64,000 nt of DNA from an uncultured Actinomycetes bacterium. Lineage in GTDB: Bacteria > Actinomycetota > UBA4738 > HRBIN12. The position numbers and the translations under genes were made by a program. The notes beneath the pieces were generated by a model. The model saw nothing but the letters and a program-made list of their open reading frames with translations, did not search any database and was not told where the DNA came from. How positions within the stretch are numbered: position 1 is the first letter of the stretch; each line of letters starts with the position of its first letter. Below, in pieces: positions 1 to 10,238 of the stretch. The stretch is from positions 7,107-71,106 of the forward strand of contig CAVRSI010000019.1 of assembly GCA_963723855.1 (NCBI GenBank), given 5' to 3'.

Positions 1-860
1 GGGCCGGCGAGCAGAGCGTCGAGCGCGGCGTGCTGGGGTACGACGCGGTGATCGCCGACCCGGACGTGGAGGCCGTGTACGTCCCGCTCCCGAACGGGCT
101 GCACGCGGAGTGGACGATCGCCGCCCTCGAGGCGGGCAAGACCGTGTTCTGCGAGAAGCCGCTCTGCGGAACGGTGGAGGAGACCGAACGGGTCCTCGCG
201 GCGGCACGCTCGGCCACCGGTTCTCTCTGGGAAGCGTTCGTCTTCCCGTTCCACGAGCAGATGGATCGCGTCCGCGAGATGCTCACGGCCGGTGCGATCG
301 GCGCGGTGCGCGAGATCCAGTCGCGGTTCCATTTCGTCCTGGACGACCCGAACGACATCCGCTTCTTCGCCGACCTGGCCGGGGGCTCCATCCAGGACGT
401 CGGTTGCTACCCGATCCGCCTCGCGCGGCTTCTGTTCGACGCCGAGCCGGACCTGTCACGCGCGATCGCCGATGCCGAGTGGACCCCCGACGGTGCGGAT
501 ACGGAACTGTGGGGTGCGCTCGTCTTCCCCGGCGACCGGCGCTTGGTGTTCTCGTGCGGCTTCCGCAGCGGCTACGACACGCTCACGCGCATCCTCGGGA
601 CAGAGGGCGAGATCCGGATGACCGGGCCGTTCCACCCCGACGATGACGACGAGTTGGTCGTCGTCCGGGACGGGCTGAGCGAACGGCAGCCGGCGACGAC
701 CACCGGCGAGATGTCGTTCACGCCGGCGATCCGGCACATCCATCGCGTCGTTCGCGGGCTCGAGGAGCCGCGTCACCTGGCGGTGGACGAAGCGACCGGG
801 AACGCGACGGCGATAGCCGCGTTGCTGGATGCCGCCAGATCCCGCGCACAGCTGCGTTGA
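1..860 (+). CDS. Gfo/Idh/MocA family oxidoreductase (5' end lies outside the window)
   Basis: The frame of ORF 30..860 stays open back to base 3. The sequence DPDVEAVYVPLPNGLHAEW...FCEKPL is the typical end of the Rossmann domain in this family. Confidence 0.8.
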   Translation, partial: AGEQSVERGVLGYDAVIADPDVEAVYVPLPNGLHAEWTIAALEAGKTVFCEKPLCGTVEETERVLAAARSATGSLWEAFVFPFHEQMDRVREMLTAGAIGAVREIQSRFHFVLDDPNDIRFFADLAGGSIQDVGCYPIRLARLLFDAEPDLSRAIADAEWTPDGADTELWGALVFPGDRRLVFSCGFRSGYDTLTRILGTEGEIRMTGPFHPDDDDELVVVRDGLSERQPATTTGEMSFTPAIRHIHRVVRGLEEPRHLAVDEATGNATAIAALLDAARSRAQLR

Positions 861-864
861 GCGA

Positions 865-908
865 AGCGCGCCGGGAGGGAGTCGAACCCCCAACCTTCTG
901 ATCCGTAG
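865..908. repeat. Direct repeat copy 1: orphan 3' half of tRNA-Arg (att-like), no matching 5' half
   Basis: The 44 nt agcgcgccgggagggagtcgaacccccaaccttctgatccgtag are identical to 10651..10694. The sequences diverge immediately after the repeat. Confidence 0.9.
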
Positions 909-982
909 GCATCCCGCAAGATGCGCTGTGCTACAGGGCAAACTCCCAGGTCAGAAGGGAGCGCAGAGGACCGCGTTATCGT

Positions 983-1165
983 GTGTGCACGATGTCGATG
1001 CAGGAACTGAGCCCGGAGACCTACGCAACGATCGCCACCGATAAGGAGGCTGCTGAGAAGGTCCGTCGCGTGCTCGGCAAGGAGTTGCCCGCTCCCGTCT
1101 CCCACTCGACCCTTGAGGCCATCGCGCAGGAGCGGCCCACGAGTGGGCGGCCGATACCTCCCTGA
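983..1165 (+). CDS. Hypothetical small protein (60 aa)
   Basis: Codon third positions are strongly G/C-biased, as in the confirmed genes. No recognisable motif. Confidence 0.3.
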   Translation: MCTMSMQELSPETYATIATDKEAAEKVRRVLGKELPAPVSHSTLEAIAQERPTSGRPIPP

Positions 1166-1287
1166 TCGAGCGTCCGGTCACGCGCTCGAGGAACCTGTCT
1201 TCTCGGCGCGGGCTCGCTCGGGCTATCCTCCGCGATGATCAGGGGGGTTCCCCCACGGATGGCGCGATGGAAGGGAGGCCGGGGACG

Positions 1288-2355
1288 ATGCCGCGCAGTC
1301 CGATCCGCAAGATGACCGTGCTCCTGATCTCCCTGATGCTCGTCGTGGTCGCATGCTCGAAAGGTTCCGGCTCGAGCTCCTCGACGGTGAGCCTGCTGAC
1401 CTATGAGAACTCGCTCCTGCCCGACGTCATCAAAGGGTTCCAGGACGCGAACCCGAGCGTCAAGCTTCAGGCCACGACGTTTACCTCGGAGGACGACGCC
1501 ATCGCGAAGCTGCAATCGGGTGCGACTACCGACGTCGTGTACGCGTGCCTGACCGACACGGATCGCCTCGCGAGCGGCAAGCTCGTGCAACCCATCGACA
1601 CCGGGCGGCTCACCGCCTGGAAGACCTTGTTCCCTTACTTCGGGAACAGCTCTCAGATCGTGGTCGGCGACAAGATCTACGTGGTCCCGGCCTTCGGAGG
1701 TACGACCGGGCTGATCTACAACCCGAACGAGCTCCCGGGCGGCGTCACCTCGTTCCGACAGCTGCTCGAGGACCCAGCGCTCGCCGGGAAGGTCGCGATC
1801 GAGGACAACCCGAAGTACGGGATCGCGATGGGCGCCCTGGCACTGGGCTACCAGGACCCCTACAACCTCACCGATGCCGACCTCGCGAAGGTGAAACACT
1901 GGTACCTCGACCACGTCTCACAAGTCCGAGCGTTCTACTCGAGCCAATCGGAGTTCTCCGATCTGTACACGAAAGGGGACATCGTCGCCGCGTTCGGCTA
2001 CAAGGGGTACGACGTGGGGCTCGCGAAGCAGAGCGTCCCCGTGGCGTTCGAACCGGCCTCCGAGGGGGCACTGACCTGGACCTGCGGATACGCGATCGGA
2101 GCCAACGCGCAGGACCTGGACGGAGCGTACAAGCTCCTCAACTGGTTCCTCACCCCGGAGGCACAGACCGCCTACGCGACGTCGCTCGACCAGATGCCGA
2201 CGAACCAGGCGACGCTCGAGTCGATGCCGGGCTCGCTGGCCGCCGACGTCGGCTTGAGCGATGGGGCGTCCTCCTTCGATCACTCCATCCCCACGCAGAT
2301 CCCCGCGAACTACGACCGGTGGCAGCAGGTGTGGCGGCAGATCACGTCGGCCTGA
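1288..2355 (+). CDS. ABC-transporter solute-binding lipoprotein (family-1 SBP, PotD/polyamine-like)
   Basis: Signal peptide with lipobox LVVVAC-S. The mature part reads like a PotD-type binding protein (LLTYENSL..., KIYVVPAFGGTTGLIYN). The start was chosen at an internal ATG that gives a charged n-region. Confidence 0.75.
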   Translation: MPRSPIRKMTVLLISLMLVVVACSKGSGSSSSTVSLLTYENSLLPDVIKGFQDANPSVKLQATTFTSEDDAIAKLQSGATTDVVYACLTDTDRLASGKLVQPIDTGRLTAWKTLFPYFGNSSQIVVGDKIYVVPAFGGTTGLIYNPNELPGGVTSFRQLLEDPALAGKVAIEDNPKYGIAMGALALGYQDPYNLTDADLAKVKHWYLDHVSQVRAFYSSQSEFSDLYTKGDIVAAFGYKGYDVGLAKQSVPVAFEPASEGALTWTCGYAIGANAQDLDGAYKLLNWFLTPEAQTAYATSLDQMPTNQATLESMPGSLAADVGLSDGASSFDHSIPTQIPANYDRWQQVWRQITSA

Positions 2356-2361
2356 CGTCGA

Positions 2362-3981
2362 TCACGTGGTCAGGTCGTACAGGTAGACGTCGACCCGGGT
2401 GAACTGGGCGACGCTGGTCAGCTGACCCGTGCCTCCGAGCGAGGCGAGCACGGCGTCCGTATCGGGACGAGCGTGGCTCACGATCAGCCAGACACGCCTG
2501 CGGGTGGCCGTCGCTCGGAGGACCAGCGACGGATCGCCCGACGACCCCGTCAGGCCGATCTCTGGCACCGAGTAGCTGCCGGGTGCGCGGTAGTAGTAGT
2601 CGAACGGGATCCGCAGGAAGTCCTCGCTGAACACGATCGCGTCGCCGTGCTGCAAGCCGCGATCGACGTATGCCGCGGCTCGATCCCACGCTTCGCGGTC
2701 GTGATGGAAGTAGTAGGTGTCGAGACCCCAAGCGGACAGCGCCACCAGAAGGGCGAGTGCCCCCGCGAACACCAGCGGGCGCCGCAACGCGAGCAGGCCC
2801 GCCGCGACGGCCAAGATGACGGGCACCCCGGCCCAGATGAGCGTTCGCGGCAGGAAGATCGGCCTCCAGGCTGTGGCGATCAACTCTCCCAAGAGCCCCG
2901 CGAGGCTGAAGACGAGGACGTACGCGATCCACCGTTGCTCCCGGCGCCAGCTCCACAGGCCGAGACCAGCCAGGGCGAGGATCACGATCGCCGCGACCGC
3001 GCGTGGCGCGCCGCGCATCGGCCCTCCGTAGATGGCGAACGTCCCTCTCACCACCCGGTGGATCGTCGGCTCGGGGATCCATGCGTATGAGTCGCCGTGG
3101 ATCAGCTGTCGCGCGAACCCGGGCAGCCAGCCCCCCCAGAGGCACAGGACCGCGATCTGTGCGAGCGCCCAGTTCCGGAGGAAGCCCGGGAGCCGATCAC
3201 GGCGGACCCACCACCCGAGCATCAACGCGTTGGCACCGATCAGCAGGAGGACGGCCGTATCGTGCGCGAGGAGAGCGACGACGATCCCGAGCACGTAGGC
3301 CAACCAGGCCCATCCCGCCCCCGTCGGACGGGGGCGGATCCCCGCCCCTTCCCAGCCCTCGGCCGGACGAATCCGGAACCGAGAGAAGGGCAGCTTGGAG
3401 CCGGAGCGTTCTGGGTAGCGCAACAGGTAGGAGACCCCCCACATCGCCGATGCCGCACCCAACGTGAGGAGGGCGTACCCTCGAGCCTCCTGCGCGTACC
3501 ACACCTGGAACGGCGAGATCGCGAACAGGAGGGCGGCGAGCACGCCCAGGCGATGATCGCGGACCGTCCTCCCCATCGCGTATACAAGCGGGATCGTGGC
3601 CGCGCCGAGCAGCGCGGAAAGGAGCCGGAGGCTCGCCTCGCCTTGTCCGAAGATCAACCATCCGTGAAGGAGCGAGTAGTAGAGGGGCGGGTTGCCGGCG
3701 TCGACGGGCGCGTTCCAGCTCCACAGGTGGGCCAACGACGCGTGGGCGAACCGGAGGCTCGACGCCTCGTCGAGCCAGAGCGGCTGCTGACCGAGGCGGT
3801 ACAGCCGAAGACCCAGGCCGAGCGCGACGACCACCAGCACCTGGGCGGCCGGGGCCCACCCCGACCCCGCCGCCGCCCCGACGTCACCACGAGTCCCCCG
3901 GACCGGCCCCTCAGGCTCGCGTTCGGGGATGAGCGTCGGAACGCTCCCCTCCGGGTCCGCGCGGGTGGGTCGGTCAGCCAT
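2362..3981 (-). CDS. Polytopic membrane glycosyltransferase, GT39/ArnT-PMT-like
   Basis: 539 aa with many TM helices. The N-terminal loop motif LWLDEASSLRFA is typical of ArnT/PMT_2-type lipid-linked sugar transferases. Confidence 0.7.
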   Translation of the reverse strand: MADRPTRADPEGSVPTLIPEREPEGPVRGTRGDVGAAAGSGWAPAAQVLVVVALGLGLRLYRLGQQPLWLDEASSLRFAHASLAHLWSWNAPVDAGNPPLYYSLLHGWLIFGQGEASLRLLSALLGAATIPLVYAMGRTVRDHRLGVLAALLFAISPFQVWYAQEARGYALLTLGAASAMWGVSYLLRYPERSGSKLPFSRFRIRPAEGWEGAGIRPRPTGAGWAWLAYVLGIVVALLAHDTAVLLLIGANALMLGWWVRRDRLPGFLRNWALAQIAVLCLWGGWLPGFARQLIHGDSYAWIPEPTIHRVVRGTFAIYGGPMRGAPRAVAAIVILALAGLGLWSWRREQRWIAYVLVFSLAGLLGELIATAWRPIFLPRTLIWAGVPVILAVAAGLLALRRPLVFAGALALLVALSAWGLDTYYFHHDREAWDRAAAYVDRGLQHGDAIVFSEDFLRIPFDYYYRAPGSYSVPEIGLTGSSGDPSLVLRATATRRRVWLIVSHARPDTDAVLASLGGTGQLTSVAQFTRVDVYLYDLTT

Positions 3982-4170
3982 CCGCTACTCTTATGCGGCG
4001 GACCGGCGAGGCGTCAAGGGAGCCGCGCTGGCCATCCTGGCGAAGGCGCTCATCAACCTGCTTGACCATCAGGCTAGTCCGGATGGGGAGGTTGACGGAC
4101 CGTCCGGCCTAGCCCTAGGCTCCCTCGCGACTGGATTGCACCCCTTCAGGAGGAGGCTCCCCCCGACCTC

Positions 4171-5085
4171 GTGACCACGTCTCGGGACGTCCAGAAGAGT
4201 CGTCACCAGCGTGACGGGTTCCGCGTGCTCGTGGTAGGAGCCGGCGTCGTCGGACATGCCGAAGGGCTGGCGCTCCACGGACTCGGACACGAAGTGGTGT
4301 TCAGCGACGTGGACGAACGGGCCCTCGCCCGCTGTCGCGCCGAGGGCTTCCGCACGACCTCCGTGACGGATCTCCTCCTCGTGGACGTCGACGTCGTGCT
4401 CGTCTCCGTGCCCACGCCGACGCAAGCCGGGTCGAGCGACCTGCGTCAGCTCGAGGACGCGGTGGCCTCGATCGGCCTTGCGCTGGGCCGAGGGTCGGCC
4501 TCCGAGCCGGGGCGTTACCGGGTGGTGATCGTGCGGAGCACGGTCCTGCCGGGCACGACCGAGGAGATCGTCATCCTGTTGCTCGAGGCGGAGGCCGGAC
4601 TCCGAGCGGGCGCTGACTTCGGTGTGTGCGTCAGCCCCGAGTTCCTGAGGCAGCGAAGCGCCATCAGCGACGCCGCGTCTCCTCGGGCGGTCGTCATCGG
4701 CGAGCTCGACGCTCGCTCCGGCGACGTCGGGGAGCGGCTGAACGCGGGCTTCGGATGCCCCGTGTTTCGGGTCCCGATCAAGGAAGCGGAACTGCAGAAG
4801 TACATCCACAACCTCTCCAACGCGTCCAAGATCTCGTTGTTCAACGAACTGCGAGCGGTCGCGGTGGCGCTCGGGACCGACGCCCAGCGCGTGTTCGCGC
4901 TCGTCGCTCGGAGCGCCGAGGCGATGTGGAACCCGGAATACGGAACGTTGGATCTCGGCCCCGTCGGCGGCCCTTGCCTTCCGAAGGATCTGGAGGCCTT
5001 CCTGACCTGGGCGACGCAGGAAGGGTTCGAGCTCCCGATCATCTCAGCGGTCGAACAGAGTAACGAACCCGCCCAGACACGGTGA
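4171..5085 (+). CDS. UDP-glucose/GDP-mannose dehydrogenase family protein (short form lacking the C-terminal domain)
   Basis: Family motifs present: NAD fold VLVVGAGVVGHAEG, SVPTP, RSTVLPGTT, SPEFLRQ, AELQKYIHN and the catalytic-Cys motif GGPCLPKD. Confidence 0.7.
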   Translation: MTTSRDVQKSRHQRDGFRVLVVGAGVVGHAEGLALHGLGHEVVFSDVDERALARCRAEGFRTTSVTDLLLVDVDVVLVSVPTPTQAGSSDLRQLEDAVASIGLALGRGSASEPGRYRVVIVRSTVLPGTTEEIVILLLEAEAGLRAGADFGVCVSPEFLRQRSAISDAASPRAVVIGELDARSGDVGERLNAGFGCPVFRVPIKEAELQKYIHNLSNASKISLFNELRAVAVALGTDAQRVFALVARSAEAMWNPEYGTLDLGPVGGPCLPKDLEAFLTWATQEGFELPIISAVEQSNEPAQTR

Positions 5086-5092
5086 TCCCACG

Positions 5093-6404
5093 ATGCCGAC
5101 GCTGATCGTCATCGCGTGGCTCACGCCGCTGCTCTGCATCTCGATGATGCTCGTGGGGGTCATTAACGCGCGCCGCACCGCCAGACGGGCGGTAGGCCCC
5201 TCTCCGGCCCTCCTGATCATCCAAATCACCACCGTCGGGAACGAAGAGACCGTGAACGAGATCATCCGCCGGATCCGTGGATACGAACTCGCCATCCCCT
5301 ACACCATCTGGGTGGTGACCGAACCCTGGGCGGACGCGGATTACCGGGGCGCGGACGAGTTGATCGTCGTGCCGGAGGAGTTCCACTGTGCCGCGTCGTA
5401 CAAAGCTCGTGCGCTCGAGTACTCGAGGCGCGTTCGGGTCGAGCGTGGGCTCAGCGACTACTTCGTCAAGATCCTCTTCCTCGATGATGACGGCGTCCCG
5501 ACCAAGCGCTACATCGAGCGCGTCGCCGCGGCCAACTACGACGTATGCGAAGGAATCCCCACGCCACGTAACGGGATACGGCAGGTTCCTCTCACACATG
5601 GACGATCTGCGGACGATCAACTGCCTCTACATGTGCTCCGTCTTCCAGGCATTCGGGCATCCGATCCATGTACACGGCGAAGGCCTGTGCGTGAGAGGGA
5701 CGGCCGAATCACTCGTCACGTGGAACCACGACATGTTCGCGTCGGAGGATCTCGTGTTCGGGCATCTCGCCGTGCTCAAAAGCCGCTCGTGGGGGTTCGT
5801 GTGGGAGTACTTGGAGATCACCTCGCCGTTCACGTGGCGAGATTTCCTGGCGCAGCGCCGTCGCTGGCTCTGGGGCAACATCCACGCGGTGCGACACGTG
5901 CTGCCGCTCCGATCGAGCCTGCTGCTGATCGTCCTGTACGCCTATGGGATCTTCACCTTCGTCGCCTCCACGATCGGGATCCTGCTCGCGCTGAAGGGGA
6001 CCCTCGGTCTGGATGACAGCCTCCTGCCCTGGCTGGTCGCTTCGATGATCTTGTGGCTCTTCATGTTCGCGCTCAGCGCGCTGATCAACTCGGGCGGCGG
6101 TGCCTCTCGGGGGTTCCGGCGTGCGTGGGATGTCGTCGCGGCGTTGCTCCTCGGGTTCGTGACGTCGGCCGTGGCCATCGGCGTCCAGGTCGTCGCACTC
6201 ATCAAGGGGAACCCACACCGGTTCGAGGTGATCCACAAGACGGATCCTCGCGGGAGGAGGGCGAGCCTGGTCACCCCGGCTGAAGACGGAGGCTCCATGA
6301 AGCCCGACGATGTCACCCTCGTCCACGATCGTGTCGTCATCGTGCCCGAGCCATCGGAGTGGACGGGCGACCCTGACCTCTCCAGACGCGGGGGGGAGGC
6401 CTGA
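5093..6404 (+). pseudogene. Membrane glycosyltransferase family 2, interrupted by one frameshift near 5565-5585
   Basis: ORF 5093..6016 carries the N-terminal GT-A part (LFLDDDG). ORF 5388..6404 continues it (FLSHMDDLR..., Q-R-R-R-W motif, C-terminal TM helices) in the +1 frame. Confidence 0.7.
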
Positions 6405-6441
6405 TGCTCGGGCCAGGTAATGAACGACCGACGCCGAGGGC

Positions 6442-6990
6442 TCAGCTCAGCCCTTCGCGAAGCCTCCCGTCGATCGCTGACGCGCGTTCAGGCTCGGTCA
6501 CCTTGCGGCCCCACGCATCTCGCACGTACAACGCGTCGATCACGCGGCCCGTGTACGTGGCCACCTTCGCCAGATGCACGTCGAGTTCCAGCTCCGACAG
6601 CGTGCGCGTGATGTCGTAGAGGAGTCCCACCCGGTCCGAGGCGCCCACCTCGATCACCGTGAAGAAGTTGGACGCATCGTTGTCGATCGACACGGTCAGC
6701 GGCGTGCGACGCTCCCCCGGTGGGTAATGGCCGCGCTGCTCCGCCATCCGGTGCTCGATCGAGATCCGGCCGTCGATCACCCGACGCATCGTGCTGCGGA
6801 ACCGCCGCCATCGCTCCTCTCCGACCTCCGACTCGAAGGCCCCTCGACCTCGAACACGTATCCGGCGGCGGCGGCGCTCGCCGCCGGATCCGCGCTGATG
6901 GCCCGACGCGACATCGCGTAGCCGAGCCGTGGCGCGGAGCGGAAGAGGGGACCCAATGGACCTTCTCTCTCCGGCCCAGCTCCGGGTAGG
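6442..6990 (-). pseudogene. glnD: 3' remnant of PII uridylyltransferase gene (ACT domains only)
   Basis: VSIDNDASNFFTVIEVGASDRVGLLYDITRTLSELELDVHLAKVATYTGRVIDALYVRD is the canonical C-terminal ACT domain of GlnD. Upstream ACT-like sequence appears only in a shifted frame. The nucleotidyltransferase and HD parts are absent. Confidence 0.6.
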
Positions 6991-7032
6991 GTGGGTGCCA
7001 GCTTGCACGAGGGGTCGAGCCGGGGAGTGCTG

Positions 7033-8218
7033 ATGCGTCGTTCGTTGCTGCTGCTTGCGTCGCTGCTGGTTACGGTCTTCGTCGGGTCTGCGGTGTGGGC
7101 TGCGATACCGAGCCGCACGGCCACAGCGAGGGTGGCCTGCGACTGGGCGGTGACCCCCGGAGGGAGCATCGAGGCCACCCTGCGCGCCGCGGGGCAGGAT
7201 CAGACAATCTGCCTCCCGCCCGGAATGTATCCGGTCCCGAGAGAGCTCCGACCGAAGGTGGGACAAACACTCGTCGGTACCGGCCCATCGCCGGCGATCC
7301 TTCGCTGCGACGCTGCCTTCTGCATCGACGGTGCCGACGGACCCACCGGTGTAACCGTGGAGACTTACTCATCTTGGAAGGGGCGAAGTTCGCCAACGTG
7401 CGGGCCGGGGACCGATGGACCATCCGGCGGGTGGAGTCGAAGGACGCCGGGGTCGGCGGCATCCAGGTGCGAGGGAACTGGGTAACGATCGCATCGTCCT
7501 ATGTTCACGACAACGGCGCCTTCGGAATCCGCGCGGTCGACTCCGCGAACCTCGCGATCGTGGGGGAACGAGGTCGCCTTCAACCCAACGGACCCGCACA
7601 TCTCGCCCGGATTCGCAGGTGGCATGAAGATCAATGCTGTCCACAACCTGACGATTGAACGCAACGACGTGCACGACAATGGCGGTGGCGGGGGGATACT
7701 GGCTCGACATCGACACCCGTCACTTCACCGTGGCGCACAACCGGAGCCTGAACAACGAGGGCGACGATATTCGCGTGGAAATCAGTTGCTACGGCGACGT
7801 GCGTTCGAATACCGTCGCCGGCGCTTCGGGCGTCGGGATCGACCTGTTCAACGCCCACGACGTCTCGGTCGATTCGAACGTCGTGCGCGCCCCCGTGGGC
7901 GCGGGCTTCGGCATCCGGATGCTCAGCAACGGTTGGACGTCGGCGCCGGGAGATGGCTCGTGTCGATCGGCGGGTTCGTTCCCCAACGCCAACAACCGTG
8001 CCACCTCGAACACCGTGGTCACATCTGATCGTGCCACGCGCATGGGCATCCAGGACAGCGGAGGCGTGAGCCAGGGGAACGCGTGGGCCTCCAACGACTA
8101 CGACGTGCCCGACTGCGCCGCACCCATCTGGCAGTGGTGGGCCAGCGCCGGACGTCGCCTCGGGGTGTTCATCGCTTGGCAAGCGCTCGGGCAGGACGTC
8201 AGTGGCTCCTGCGCCTGA
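7033..8218 (+). pseudogene. Secreted right-handed parallel beta-helix repeat protein, at least 3 frame disruptions
   Basis: Signal peptide MRRSLLLLASLLVTVFVGSAVWA. Beta-helix repeats (VHDNGAFGI, NDVHDNGGGG, NTVAGASGVGIDL, SNVV) are spread over ORFs 6991.., 7095.., 7501.. and 7655.., with switches near 7350, 7560 and 7690. Confidence 0.65.
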
Positions 8219-8242
8219 TCCGAGGTTCGCGCGCTCGCTCTG

Positions 8243-8664
8243 CTAGGCGGCCTCGGCGTCATCGGTCAAGACCGCGTCGCGCACGGTCGCCTGCGATGGG
8301 TCGGGGCGATCATGGATCCGCGACGCATCGCGGATCGGCGCGGCGGCTCGATCAACTTCCGTCGGATCTGCAAGTTCCGACCCCGAGGTGTCGGCCGCCG
8401 AGTTGGCCATGACAAACCCGGCTTTCCCATTCGAGTTCAGGGCTGAGTAGAAGGCCTGATCCAGATGTAGTTGCCCTTGTCGCCGTCGGAACAACTCGAC
8501 AACCGAAGCGTCAGCATCAGGGACGTCGGCGATCTCGCAGGGTTCCGCCCGAGAGGTCGGCGTCTTCGGATCGAGAGGTCTCGTGGACGCTCTCGGCGTC
8601 ACCGCCGGTGCACGAGGCGACCGCCAAGAGCAACGAACGCGAGTAAGGCGACGAGTCGCCTCAT
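8243..8664 (-). pseudogene. Degraded ORF with a lipoprotein-type signal peptide in a shifted frame
   Basis: ATG at 8664 gives MRRLVALLAFVAL. After a one-base shift it reads AVASC-TGG (lipobox). The body is ORF 8243..8602. Function unknown. Confidence 0.3.
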
Positions 8665-8811
8665 GAAACCCGTATCTCCGCGTCCGTCATCCGATGCATC
8701 GTGCTCCAACCTGGCACGTTTGGACAGTGTTGGAGACTCGCGGCGGGTGTGACACGCGTGACCCGCTGATTCCGAGGAACGGGCCGTTCATGCCTCCACC
8801 CGGAGTTCGTC

Positions 8812-8860
8812 GGTGAACGCTAGAGGATTTGAACCTCTGACCTCTTTCGTGTCAGGGAAG
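8812..8860 (-). other. tRNA-Val(GAC)-like 3' fragment (anticodon loop to acceptor end), no 5' half
   Basis: The reverse complement reads CCTGACACGAAAGAGGTCAGAGGTTCAAATCCTCTAGCGTTCACCG: a CT-GAC-AC loop, AGGTC variable region, a T arm with an A/T-rich loop, and an acceptor 3' strand. No D arm or acceptor 5' strand lies upstream. Confidence 0.4.
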
Positions 8861-9087
8861 CATTGAACACCGTTTGGCCAGCATCTTCGCAGGCCGATGC
8901 CGGGTCGGGATGTCACAGGAGAACCGGAGGGCGATCTTGGGTTCGATCGGCTCTTTGACCACGAGTTGACCGGATCTCGCTGGCGAAACCACAGCGGGAG
9001 GTGACGATGTCACGTCGGTCTGGGCCGCCGACGCGTCGGGGGCCGGTTGCGTGAGGGCGCTGATGGCTTGAACCAAGACCAGGCCGA

Positions 9088-9741
9088 TCATGAGCCGCCC
9101 GATCTGGACGCGCCTGGTCTCGATCGACGTGGCAGCGGGGGCGGATGGCCGGGTCGATCCGGACCGGCCGGGCGCGGAGACCTCCCGAGAGCTGTTCGAC
9201 CGGCAACAGCTCCACGCCGTACGTGGACAGGAGTTCCGCCTCGACGTCGGCGGCCGAATCCGCACGAGCCGTCGGACCGGACCAGTGCGTTCGGCAGACG
9301 GCCGTGAGCACATCCGTGGTCGCCCAGGACCGTCACCGGCGTCACGGCCCCGGCGCCGACGGCGAGGCATGGTTCGCACACGAGCCGGAGCCTCGCTGGA
9401 TAGGCGAACCGTGACCGGGCCCCGCGCGTGTGCTCGATCACACGTTCCCACATCGATACGGTCCCGACGACGCTGCTTCCGATACGCGTCACACCCGACC
9501 GCGCCAAGTAGTCCGGCGATGCTGCTGCGTAGAGGCCGCACGTGCAGTGCTCGTCGGGAACGGTCCACGCGCGATGTTGGACACACGTCGCCACCATGAC
9601 GTCCTTCGCTGGCCAATGGTCGGGCCGAGTGACGGATCGGAGCGTGAGGGCACCGCCGACGCGTTCGAGGCCCCACACACGCCAGCCGACGACCGGCTCC
9701 AGCGAGAGCGGCGGATCGACGTCGAGGGGGGAGTTCGCCAT
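9088..9741 (-). CDS. Hypothetical Cys/His-rich protein (3' end uncertain, possible frame switch near 9300)
   Basis: Coding-like N-terminal 150 aa (GWRVWGL..., PDEHCTCGLYAA, CEPC). The tail becomes Arg/Pro-rich, while another frame (ORF 8913..9311) reads more protein-like. Confidence 0.4.
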   Translation of the reverse strand: MANSPLDVDPPLSLEPVVGWRVWGLERVGGALTLRSVTRPDHWPAKDVMVATCVQHRAWTVPDEHCTCGLYAAASPDYLARSGVTRIGSSVVGTVSMWERVIEHTRGARSRFAYPARLRLVCEPCLAVGAGAVTPVTVLGDHGCAHGRLPNALVRSDGSCGFGRRRRGGTPVHVRRGAVAGRTALGRSPRPAGPDRPGHPPPLPRRSRPGASRSGGS

Positions 9742-9928
9742 CGGAGTCCTTCGTGCAAGGATACGGGAAGGGCAACGGCGCTGCACCACGCCACGGACAC
9801 CGCCACCAGGTGGACGGACCCGATGGGAGACGTCGGATCAATATCCGCCTGGTTGCTGCGTTTCACGATCTCATGCCAGCTCATATTCGCGACGCGGATA
9901 AGGCCCCCTCGGCCAGTCCGCGAACCGC

Positions 9929-10141
9929 ATGCCACACTCCTGGGCGAAGAGAGGGGGCGAGGTGGCCGACCAACCGAAGAGGATCTTCATCCGGCCCCCG
10001 GACGACTGGGAGGGGATGACCCCCGAAGATCAGTACGCCTGGAGCTTGGCCCTCGTCGAGCACCTCGTCGATGACCGGGCCAAGTCGGTCGATCGCTCGG
10101 CACGTGGAGAGCGATGCATCATCGCCAGATTTGACTGCTAG
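9929..10141 (+). CDS. Hypothetical small protein (70 aa)
   Basis: G/C-biased third codon positions and a protein-like sequence (RIFIRPPDDWEGMTPEDQYAWSLALVEHLVDD). No recognisable motif. Confidence 0.3.
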   Translation: MPHSWAKRGGEVADQPKRIFIRPPDDWEGMTPEDQYAWSLALVEHLVDDRAKSVDRSARGERCIIARFDC

Positions 10142-10238
10142 CGTGACCAACTAACAGTTGGCTGGAGATCTGTACGAAAGCTGGGGACCCGTGGTGAGGG
10201 CATGGGCCGGCCGCGTCCGGATCGGTCGGCTTGTCGAA

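Noticed and set aside
865-945. Possible second functional tRNA-Arg next to the Gfo/Idh/MocA gene.
   Set aside because: Only the 3' 42-44 nt match a tRNA. The upstream sequence cannot form the acceptor 5' strand, the D arm, or the 5' side of the anticodon stem. I treated it as an att-like half-site.
8243-8602. Resemblance of ...ALNSNGKAGFVMANSAADTSGSE... to the catalytic-region block of type I restriction-modification methyltransferases (HsdM).
   Set aside because: The match is short and comes from memory only. The flanking HsdM motifs are absent. The ORF also carries a lipoprotein-type signal in a shifted frame, which does not fit a cytoplasmic methyltransferase. An HMM search is needed before any such claim.
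10148-10166. Inverted repeat ccaact-aac-agttgg near the TetR stub, as a possible operator.
   Set aside because: It lies downstream of the stub, not upstream. It occurs only once and is short enough to arise by chance.
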